The position numbers and the translations under genes are program-made. Below the pieces are notes generated by a model. The model saw nothing but the letters and a program-made list of their open reading frames with translations, made no database searches and had not been told where the DNA came from. From Lama glama (taxonomy: Eukaryota): a stretch of DNA of 64,000 nt. Positions 50,784 to 60,999 of this stretch are shown here, piece by piece; the stretch's first letter is position 1; each line of letters opens with the position of its first letter. The DNA is taken from NCBI GenBank assembly GCA_028534125.1, contig CM052818.1:14014001-14078000 (forward strand). Direction: 5' to 3'.

Positions 50784-51849
50784 CGTGGAACTGTGAGCAA
50801 CTTGAAAGCAAGCTATCCTTCTCTCTCCAGGGCCTCCAGATTAGGCAGGAAGGGAATATTTTTGGACGGTATATCAAAAAGATAAAAGGGTTCTCTAAAT
50901 CTCTGGATGCTGATACTTAAATGTTCTGCAACTACTTTCTTTAAACTCTCCAGTTCTGGAAAAAGTGGAATGGGGATCATGCTCATACTGGCATAGCAAA
51001 GAAATGAGTATGCATTTGGCGTCCTGACTCCCAGAAAGCCTGAATCATCCAAAATGTTGACTCATGAGCCTAAGGTGACTGAAATATAAAGTGAATCAAA
51101 TCTGCCTTCCAAGGCATCGTTTGTTTCCACTTTTCTCTCTCCCCTCCCTGTTTGGGTGACTCATCCTCTTACCAAGAGTCCAGCAGCGGGCAGATCCTAA
51201 AACCCCCTTGAAGGAGATGAGCAGTCTTTCGGTCTGCCTCAGTCTCTAGATTTGCCTACCTCATCCAGATCTGCATTTTAGACTGGGAATGATCCTAAAA
51301 CTGTCAACAAATTTTTTTTTTCTTTTAGGGTGGTGATGGTAGTAGTGAAGAGGTGGTTTAGGAATCTGTGAAAAAAAGACAATCTTTTATTTCAAAATCT
51401 TCTAAAATTTAATGTATCCTTCAATCCTAAAGGCCTACTCCTCAGTGCCGTTATTTAGTATCTTTCTCCACTCTGGGTTTTTTCCTTCCCTGGGAGGAAA
51501 GTTTCCACCCGCTGTCCCCAAGATAACGCCCTTCCGGTGGCCGCCAGGAGCCTCTCTGACTCCGCAAGGCAAGCAGGATGCCGATTCGCTTTCCCGGTAC
51601 TGTTAACTACACAGACTGACCTCCAGCTGTGGGCAAGGCCAAGACCCCAGTCCCACCTGCAACCACTCAAGGCGCAGGGTGGGGCTCCCAGTTCCAAGCC
51701 CCGCCCATCGAACCCACCCCAGCCGCTAAGAGAGAGGAAGTGCAGTAAGACCCACCCACTTTAGTCGTTTTCCCTTTCCGTTGGGCAGACTGGCTGCCCA
51801 TCATCTAAATCCCTTAGCCGATTGGTTCGCCCCCTCCCGCGCCAGTCCG

Positions 51850-52147
51850 TGCTTCTCCCGGGCGGGGAGGGCGAGTCACGCCAAACTGGGCGGGGAGTCG
51901 GCTGGCCTCTCTTCTTCGCTCGTCTGGGCGGTGGCGGCGGCAACTGGGGACGGGGCGGGTGGCGCATCACGGGCGCGGAGGCAGGAGGAGCAGTCTCATT
52001 GTTCCGAGAGCCGTCGCCACTGCAGGTCCCTCAGCTCATTGGGGCCTGCCCCTCTCAATCCTCCCCAGCCCCCACAACCGCCAGCGGCTCTGAGGAGAAG
52101 TCTTCCGTGGAGGCAGCAGCTGCAGCAGCATCTCCGACCCGCCCGCC
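51850..52147 (+). other. RTN4: RTN4 exon 1 5' UTR / transcription start region (5' boundary approximate)
   Basis: GC-rich and ATG-free. GGCGCGGAGGCAGGAGGAGCAGTCTCATTGTTCCG and CCCCCACAACCGCC match my recollection of the mammalian RTN4 5' UTR. The TSS cannot be fixed from sequence alone. Confidence 0.8.
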
Positions 52148-52709
52148 ATGGAAGACATGAACCAGTCGCCTCTGGTCTCCTCGTCCTCGGACAGCCCGCC
52201 CCGGCCTCAGCCTGCGTTCAAATACCAGTTCGTGAGGGAGCCCGAGGACGAAGAGGAAGAGGAGGAGGAGGAAGACGAGGACGAGGACGAAGACCTGGAG
52301 GAGCTGGAGGTGCTGGAGAGGAAGCCCGCCGCCGGGCTTTCGGCGGCCCCGGTGCCCCCTACCGCCGCCCCCGCCGGCGCTCCCCTGCTGGACTTTGGCA
52401 ATGACTTCGTGCCCCCGGCCCCCCGGGGGCCCCTGCCGGCCGCGCCCCTCGCCGCCCCTGAACGGCAGCCGTCTTGGGACCCGAGCACCGCGTCGTCGGC
52501 GGTGCCCGCGCCCTCCCCACCCTCCGCTGCCGCAGCCGCGCCCTCCAAGCTCCCCGAGGACGATGAGCCTCCGGCCCGGCCTCCCCCGCCTCCCCCGGCG
52601 GGCGTGAGCCCTCAGGCTGAGCCCGCGTGGACCCCGCCCGCTCCGGGCCCCGCCGCGCCCCCCTCTACGCCAGCCGCGCCCAAGCGCAGGGGCTCCTCAG
52701 GCTCAGTGG
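52148..52709 (+). CDS. RTN4: Reticulon-4 (Nogo-A/Nogo-B) coding exon 1, residues 1-187 plus 1 nt (phase-1 intron follows)
   Basis: Translation MEDMNQSPLVSSSSDSPPRPQPAFKYQFVREPEDEEE...LEELEVLERKPAAGLS...ERQPSWD...SKLPEDDEPPARPP...PKRRGSSGSV is the characteristic Nogo-A/B N-terminus. Strong Kozak GCCATGG at 52145-52151. Canonical donor G|GTGAGT at 52709/52710, exactly where similarity ends. The rest of ORF 52148..52996 is intron read-through. Confidence 0.98.
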
Positions 52710-53789
52710 GTGAGTGCCGCACCCTCCTCCTCGCGCCGCCCCTCGCGCCCCTCCCTCTTTTGTGTGCAGCCCCCAAAGGCTCGGGCCCTGCGTCCCTCTC
52801 CGCCCGGAGGGGGCTTTGTCTCTGGACCTCGGGGCAGAGGCGCCCCCCCTGGTGGGAGCCGCGGGGAGCTGGGTGGGGCGGCAGAGGAAGCCTGGGCTTG
52901 CTCTTCATTGTCTGTCTGGGTATTGGGGAACACGTGCACCCCGAGGCTCCCAGGTCCTTCCCTCTTGTCCCCGTTCCATTGCGTCCCAGAAGTTAGGCAC
53001 CCACCCCTTGCAGGAGCTGGGTGTGTATGGAGGAGCTAGGAGTGTGGATTCATCGGGCTGGCTTGGTTCCGGGGTAAGGATGGAAAGGCTTTGGCTCCCT
53101 AATCTTTTGTCTGCCCGCTGGATTGCCCCTAGGGAAAAGATGCAGTTTTGCTGCTGTTCTGCCTGCATTCATCCTTGCCCCCCCTTCCTCACCCCTTCCT
53201 CGGCTTGGGTGGCTGCATGGGCTTCATCTCCCTCCCTCCTCTCCCCTTCGCTTTGCGCTGGTGGGGAGCCGGCCCAGTGGAAAACGTCCACATTGACCCA
53301 ACTGCAGTGAAGGGAGAGCGCCTCCACTGGTGTGGCGCGTGGAGAATTGGGAAGCCGAGTTCTGGCGAAGTCGTGCCACCGCCCAGCTTACCAGGGTTGT
53401 GATGTGGCGATTCCTCACCAGCTTAATCGAGCCAGGGAAGTTAAGAGCTGGGCATTGTATTCCATGGCGACGCAGTTCTGCCAGGGGCTCTGTTAGGGTG
53501 GACAGGTTTAGCCTCTTAATGCATCGTAATTGAGTCGTAGAGGGGAAAAAAAAGAAAAGGCAAAATGGTTGACATTTTTAAAGAAGGGGAAACCTGTGGA
53601 TTCCCTGCCGGGAAATAGGCCAGTTGAACTTGTGGCAGATTTACCATGAGACTTAATGAAGTGTTTTGAGACAGACGTTTTCATATATTGGTTAGAAATA
53701 CTGTTTCTTAGCATTAATATATTTTAGTTCCGCAGAGACAGATCTGCAGTCTGTAAGTAGTTTTCACATCTTTTGATTCACATGAGTAT

Positions 53790-53866
53790 CAGCTGTACCT
53801 GATTGTATATTATTGGGAACATTGTTTTCAGCTGTACCTGATTGTATGTATTAGGAACATTGTTTT
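53790..53866. repeat. 39/38-bp tandem duplication in RTN4 intron 1
   Basis: CAGCTGTACCTGATTGTATATTATTGGGAACATTGTTTT followed by CAGCTGTACCTGATTGTATGTATTAGGAACATTGTTTT. Confidence 0.95.
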
Positions 53867-54689
53867 ACTACCCTTTTCATCTTGGGAAATTGTTTATTTT
53901 GGAAGAGAAAAAAAATCAAGTTTGTTAGTGATTGAAGATTCCTCTTACTTGGCAAATTATTAATAAGTAGTTTGTTACTTTTGGAACAGAAAGTGTCCCA
54001 CCAGCAGTACGACCTTTATATATAAAAGAGCAAGAATCAGATAATGTAACAGCCTGCTAAGAAATTGTCGTGGCCTTGTAGGATTTTAGAAATGGTTATT
54101 TTTCTAGGAAAAGAAAATCTGAGATCACAGAAGAAAACATATTTTCTTCAATCCACTACTGCTCCACAATGGGGAAAATAAGCCAATAATGATGTTTCTG
54201 AATAACGTTTTGATAATGACGTACCCCAAAGCATTACTTAAAATAATTCCTATTCTAAAGATATAAGAATATGAGGAGTAACTTAATTTTTCCTTTTCTG
54301 AGTAAAAAAATACATTTTAGAGAAACTAAGGTGAGGTAGAAAAATACCAAGTAATAAGAAATGGAAAATTTAATGATTAACAAGAGCATACTCATTTGGC
54401 ATCTTGTATTCCTGCATGGGAACAAAAAAAGGGATTCTGTTCTTGGAACAGTGAAGATTCAGAAGGTGACAGGATTCTCTTGGAATTCTGACTTTTGTTG
54501 GAGTACTAAGTTTGGAAGACAAGAGAGACAGTATTGCCATTCAGGCACTCTATTTTGCATAGTCCCTAATTCTGTGTTGATGATGCCTATTTGGAAACTT
54601 CAGTTCCTTTCGTAAGTGCAGGAACATCGTGATTATGGTCTGGACAGATAAGCCATTTCAGTGAGTCGAGGTTTCTTAACAGAGTTTGT

Positions 54690-56200
54690 TCGTTCATTCA
54701 ACTGATTATTGATTACCTACAAAGAGATAGGCACTCTTCTAGGCTATAAGGATATAGCAATTAGCAGGACACAGGTGCTCCCCATGGGGGCAGTACTGAT
54801 AATAAGCACATAAATAAGGAACTCAGTAGCGTTAAGTATTATGAGCAAAATAAGCAGGATGATGGTGTGGGAAATGATTGAGCTGTGGGAACTGGGAACC
54901 TTTTAAGATAGAGTGACACTGAGAAAGGCCTTTCTGAGGGGTGATGAGTTTTGAGCTGCAGAGAAAAAAAATTTACAAGAAGATCCTAGGAGGCAAAAGC
55001 CCTGAGGTAGGAAGGAGCTTGAGAATCTAGGAAGAAGACTAGGGAGAAAAACTAGGGGGAGAGTGGTGTAAGGTGAGGGTGGAGAGGTGGGCCACGCTTG
55101 GATCATTTGAGGTCTCTAACAGGCCATGGTAAAAAATCTGGCTTTTTAAAATATCATTTATTTTAGAAATATACTCCTTAAATAATAATATTGGGATTTC
55201 AGAGCAAAAATTAAATTTAGAGAAACTGAGAGGGCTGATGTGAGTAAAGGCAAGATGAGAAACGTGGGGAGCGTGATTGGAAACAGGCCAGTCTGACTGG
55301 AGGAGGGTTTATGTTACTGAGTATGGTAGATCTCTGACACTTGTGTATTAAACATCATTATTTACCCCATTTTTTGAGTAAACTCTAATTTCTATCACTT
55401 GGTAAGTTATAATTTTGCTGTTTGCTATTGTACTTGGAGCATCCCCATTGCAATGCAGTAACTGAAGTGAGGCTGAAGCCTCTTGCCTGCTGATCATTTT
55501 TCATGGAGAAACATTGGCTTCAGGGTGAAAAGGTGGTTGGTTGACCTAGACTTTGAGGCTGTGCAAGGGCAACTGGATAAAAATTGAGTTGAGAGAAATG
55601 CAAACATTCATTAACGATGACATTGAGCTGGTCTCTGGACATGTTCTAAATCAGTGTTAATTAAGATTGAAAATGTGTGGTAGATCAGGATTCTGAAGGG
55701 TATTGAATGCCAAATTAAGGAGTTAGGGTTTTTATCATCCTGCTTTCATCCATGCTCTACCATTCACAGTTGCCCTTGGTTTTGGGAATTTATTTTACGA
55801 AACAAAAAATGTTTTTGTTGTTGTTTCCAGAATACAAAGTTATTTCATTATTTTTCACCCTTCTCCTGAATTACTGCTTTAGGCATTGGGAAGCCACTGA
55901 AAATTACTGAACTGAGGTATGGCATCATGAAAGCAGTGTTAGAAAAGTGAATTGGTGAAAATATTGAAGATAGGTTTGAAAGAAAAAACAGGGGAACTAC
56001 TCAGAAAGCTTTTGCGGTAGTTCTGAGAGAGGTGAGTAGAGCCTGAACTAGTTCATCACTAGTTCATTCAGTGAAAATGGAAGCATGATTTCTTCGGCTG
56101 TGAATGTCTATAGTTAGATTAAGAAGAGGTTTTATGAAAGAAAAATTGATAGGACTTAGAGGCCATGGATGTAAATACAAAGAAAAGAATGTTGGTTCTT
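54690..56200 (-). mobile_element. L2 fragments in RTN4 intron 1
   Basis: TTCATTCAAC...TTATTGATTACCTAC...AGGCACTCTTCTAGG end motif; GAAAGGCCTTTCTGAGG; TTGAATGCCA; GGGAAGCCACTGA. Interspersed with unique sequence. Confidence 0.6.
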
Positions 56201-57739
56201 ATTAAATCGATTTCAGAGACTGTCTAAAGTTGTTGTTGCAGTGGAAATTTGTATAGAATGTTGCTCATAAGTATAGCTTTCTGCTTAAGGATTAAAAATT
56301 ATTCATCTTTTATAAAGTCATTTATTATATGATTATATCGGCATAGGAGCACATATTAGAAATGTTAAAAGATTTTGAGCAATGTATAGTTTGAATCTTG
56401 TGTCAGTTCTTAACATAAAAGTTCAAGTAAATAGTGATGTGACACTCCCAGGAAGTAGATGCCTCTAGAGATGACATGTGCTAATCCATTCCCATTCCTC
56501 CTTCCATTTTTTTCTAGAAAATGAGAACAAGGAATAATAGAACTGATGAATTTAGATTCTGAATAATTTCTGTGGTTAACCATTTCTATTTTTCTGACTA
56601 GGAATAAAAGTTGGGAAAAGTGGCGTGCCCCTTATGAATAAAGTAAATTACATATCAGATTGGTTTCTAGGAGACTCATTGTTAAATTTATTGGTTCTTT
56701 TTAGTAACTCACAAGCTTCCTCAAATCCTTTTAAAATGAAGTGGTGAATATATATTGAGACCGTGATTAATACCTAGTTTTGTGGAGTAGTATTTAGAAA
56801 TCATGATGTTCTAGCACTGTATTTATGTAAACTTGGAAATTTGCTATATTATAAAAAACATTTCTAAAATATGTATTCTCTGTTGTCCAAAAATTGGCTC
56901 TATTTTATGTATATTTATTTCATAAGATGCCTAAAAGCAGTTTATTTGAAACACTGCTGATGCAAGGCCCCAATTTAAATGGCACACTTCACAGGTATTT
57001 TTGCTAGGCCAGGATAAAAGTACCAACCAGAAAGATGATGTTTCTTGATTTTTTTCCCTTGGATCTCTAAGTAGAAGTAAATGTTGCAGATACACTGTTC
57101 TTAACAGTACACAGTTTGAAACTTTTTGTTTCTGTTTATAAATATGGGCCCTAGAAAGTCCCTCTAGGGGTGACAGCACTAGGGATGGGAACTGTAAGGG
57201 GCAGAACCATAATTCCTCAGCAGTATTTAAGTGGGTGAGTGTGACCTTTGTAGCTAGCTAATGTGGTACATAGGCATGCAAAATGGCAGAACCCAGCTCT
57301 GTTGATGCTAATGTCACCTCAGACTGATGGCCTCATCATTCTTTTCAACTCTAAAGGAGGAATTGGTAATTTCACATTTAAAGTGATATTTTTTTCTTAG
57401 AACGGTGATGATTAATTTTTATGTTGCTTTATTCAGATGTTCCCATACACTATATTCTTACGTCATCATATATATCATACTATATATATGGCAGTATTAT
57501 GTTTACTTATTTCTGTTCCCCAGACTATGTACTTCTTGAGGAAAGGGGCTGAATTACCTTTTTTGCTTGAGGAAAAGGACTGTATAACATCATATCTTCA
57601 TTGCTGAGCATAATGTGTTAGATGTGGCATAGGCACTCAGATTTTTGTTGAATGAATAGATATTATAGATAAATCCTGATTCATATTCTTATAGTTCCAG
57701 AGTTAAAATAGTTTCTCTCAATAAAAATCTCAAGTCTTA

Positions 57740-58880
57740 GGAATTAAAGCATTTATTTATTCACATACACCAGGTATACGGGTGTACCATATTTTATTTA
57801 ATCAATCTCTTACTGATGGTTAAGTAGTTTTTCAGCTTTCTCTGTTATAAATAATGTTGCTATGACCATCCTTACATGTACTTGTTTGGAAATACATGCT
57901 GTTGTATGTTTTGTGGTATACAGTTACATAAATGGAATTACTGATTTGAAGGATATGTGCGTTAAAATGTTGATAAAGGCAAACTGTATTACAAAGATTT
58001 GTTCCAGTCTATTTTCCCATCAATAGTGTGTTAAAGTACCTTTTTCCTTATGCCTTTACAGTGCTGTATATTGGTAAACTGGTGAATGGTTTAGCAAATT
58101 GGTTTTTTAAATTTACATTTTAGAGAATTTTTTTCTAGGCTTTAGGTGCCAGTAAATTTTTTCTGATCACGACTTTTGCTTCGTCTTTTGGGTTTTTGTT
58201 CTTATAGAGGTAGGAGCACTTGCTCTATTACAGAGAAATTAGCCGTTTGTCATAGGCTTTGAAAACTTTTTTCCTGATTTGTTATTTGTATTTTGACTTT
58301 CAGTATTTTTTTGTGTGCAGGGATTTTTATTTAGTCAGATTTATCATTTTATTTTGTGACTTTGAATCATAAAAGTCATAGAGTTCTGTATAATTCTTCA
58401 AAAGGCCTCTAAGATTGTAAAAATTTTTCTTGTGTTTTCTCCTAGAATTTTATGATTTTTATGATTTCATTTTAATATTTATTCTTCTGCAGTTTTGTTC
58501 TAGAGATTAAAATAGTGAAATAATTTAATTTTTCAACATATTTTCCCATTTGTCCCAATACCATTCATTGAATCATCTATCTTTTCCTTATTGTTTTGAA
58601 ATACCACTTTTGCCTTACACTTGTAGTATGGGTGAGTATTTTTTGTTCCATTTATTTGTCTGCTCGTACATAAGTAGCAAGCTGTTTTAATTGTTACAAC
58701 TTTTAAATAAAATACTAGCTGATCGGGCTTTTCCAAAATTATTTTTCCTGGCTACCCAAGTATGTATTTTCTGTCTGATCTTTAAAGTTTGTTTATCTAA
58801 TCCCGTCTCTCCTTCTGTTGGAATTACAGTGAGGTTATATTACATTTATAGATCAATTTAGAGGAGGATTGATATATTTT
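57740..58880 (-). mobile_element. Old L1ME-like fragment in RTN4 intron 1
   Basis: T-rich, degenerate L1 antisense motifs (ATAAATAATGTTGCTATGACCATCCTT, TTGTCCCAATACCATTCATTGAAT). Confidence 0.6.
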
Positions 58881-58888
58881 TAGCATTG

Positions 58889-58926
58889 ATATATATATAT
58901 ATATATATACATACACACATACATAT
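58889..58926. repeat. (TA)n/(CATA)n microsatellite
   Basis: Directly visible. Confidence 0.9.
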
Positions 58927-60882
58927 TTACAGCACATGGTTTTTAACAACATATATTTTTAAAAAAATTTAGCTTATAATTATGTCAAGTATAGATTTAA
59001 AAAAATAAGTATTAAATATTATAGCCTGCTTAGTATGAAACACTTTAAATAATGGATTAAATAGATATTTGACCCCCTCTTTTCAATTGGTTATAGGTAG
59101 AAAAGTGAAGAAAGATAAGTCTTCTTGCTTTTTGATTTTTTAAAAAAATTTTCGTTTGAGAAAGGAAGAAACGTCTGTACTCCTGTAGTAGGAGCGATAG
59201 CTGCTAAATACTGGATTACCATTTTAGCAGTCTCTGAATCCTTCATTTAGTGGCCTTCTAGTTTCAAAAAACCCCCATTATTTCTTTAATGGCTTGTTCT
59301 TGTTGATAGAATTCTTACCATAGATGAAGAAGGCTTATAAAGTTTTGTTCAAACAGATTTGTCAATTGTCTGGTAGTAATGGTGGTCCCTAGGCAATTCA
59401 GTGTTAGTTAAGAAATAATTAGCATACTCTCTCTTTTTTTTAACCAGGTTTAGGGCTGAATATGGGAACAAAAAATGAGTAGAGATTGTATTTATGAGAG
59501 GTACATGTAGCAGATTAAGGAAAGAATGCAAGTCCCTAGCCGTGAAGTATTTTATGCAGAGGAGTCTTATGGTTGTACTCCAGGAACAGTCATGTATTTA
59601 CCTACCTGTCAACTGCTTTTGTGAAGAGAAGAAAAGGTTTTTCTCTTCCTAACTTTACATACTGACTTATAAACAACTGATTGAAAGGTGCTATTGTTAC
59701 TTATCTCAGTGTTCTGACAGCCCTAGGTGAAGCTGGTTTAAATCCTAGATTTAAACATTTTAAACCTACTGCAGTCTTTGGTCTCAGAAAAGAAGGGAAT
59801 TTACTTGTTTATAACTCTTTTCATCTTTGTTCTAAAGGGGGTTATTAAATATGCTTAAAGCTATCATATAAATCCCTTTCATAAATATCCTTTAGAACTT
59901 CTCAGTCTGTTAATCAACATCATTATTAAATTATAGAAAGTTATATTATTTTGCCAAGTTCTGATATTTTAATTTTGTATAGAAATTAATTTTTATGCAA
60001 ACAACTCAATAAAAACTTCATTAGATGCTCTTGTTTATATATGGTGAATTATGAAAATCACGATTTAGAATATTAAATATTTTATTACATTATATTTTAT
60101 AGGCCATATATACCATACAACACAAATCTGTTATAAAGATTAGGACTATAAGACATCACTTTTGAAAAAGGACTGAAAAACTACCACCTTCCAACATACG
60201 TTCTCATTTACCCACTCATATTCCACCAAGTTTTCTGTTGTCTCTCTTACTAAAATTTTGTTAATGAAACATGTTTCAGGAGCTGTAGGTAAGCATTGGT
60301 AGAATGAAACATGTATGCTTTAGTGATCTGCTAAGAGTTGTGGGTAAAATTGTAGTTAAATTTCCTTCAATATAATAGAATTTTAGTATGTGCATGTTGC
60401 CTTATCTCTTTTTTTTGAGGAATTTAAAAGTAAATTTTTACTTTCTGCTATGAAAAATTTCAAACATTAAGGAAGACAGAATACTGAGTAAAACCTCCTT
60501 TAGCCCCAGCAATCATCAACCCATGGCCAATTCTGCCAATCCCACACCCTCATAGATATTTCATTATGTATCTTGCAAACTGTTAAGTACTCCTTTGTAA
60601 AATAAAACAATACTTATAATCAAATATTTCCCCAACCTATTTAGCAATATTTAAGTTGTTAATACTTAATCATCATCATCAAATATCCAGCCAGTGTTTA
60701 CATTTCCTACTATGAGGTGAATGTCATAAGTGGTCTTATTTTTTTAACAATTAAGAAAAAGTCACATTCCAGATATTACAATGGGTTGATTTGTTTTACA
60801 AGTCTCTATCTGTGGGTTCTTCCTTTCTTGCTTGTAGCCTCTATTTCTCTGAAATTTATTTGTTGAGGAATGCTTATATGCT

Positions 60883-60978
60883 GTAAAAATTTTTTTTATT
60901 GAATATAGTTGATTTATAGTGTGTTAGTTTCAGATGTGCAGCAAAGTGATTCAGTGATTCATACATACATATGTATGT
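60883..60978 (-). mobile_element. Short cetartiodactyl L1 3' end
   Basis: TTTTATTGAATATAGTTGATTTA...GTTTCAGATGTGCAGCAAAGTGATTCAG. TSD ATGCTTATATGCT (60870-60882) / ATGCTCATATGCT (60979-60991). Confidence 0.78.
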
Positions 60979-60999
60979 ATGCTCATATGCTTTTTTCAT

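Larger units (their letters stand above)
51500..53500. promoter_or_regulatory. RTN4: CpG island / TATA-less RTN4 (Nogo-A/B) promoter
   Basis: Sharp rise in GC and CpG relative to the AT-rich flanks. Inverted CCAAT (ATTGG 51821-51825) and GC boxes GGGCGG near 51860, 51888, 51926 and 51953. No TATA box. Confidence 0.92.

Noticed and set aside
51800..51835. ERSE/ERSE-II around the promoter CCAAT box
   Set aside because: No CCACG at the required spacing (N9 or N1).
52710..52996. C-terminal 95 aa of ORF 52148..52996
   Set aside because: Lies beyond the GTGAGT donor; RTN4 similarity stops at GSSGSV. It is intron read-through in GC-rich DNA.
51455..53533. Many overlapping sense and antisense ORFs (e.g. 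51781..52404, 207 aa; 52714..53310, 198 aa)
   Set aside because: Stop-codon scarcity in a CpG island, several non-ATG starts, low-complexity products and no recognisable domain.
59736..59756. Inverted repeat GTTTAAATC-CTA-GATTTAAAC
   Set aside because: Short and AT-rich, within chance expectation; not a pre-miRNA-sized hairpin.
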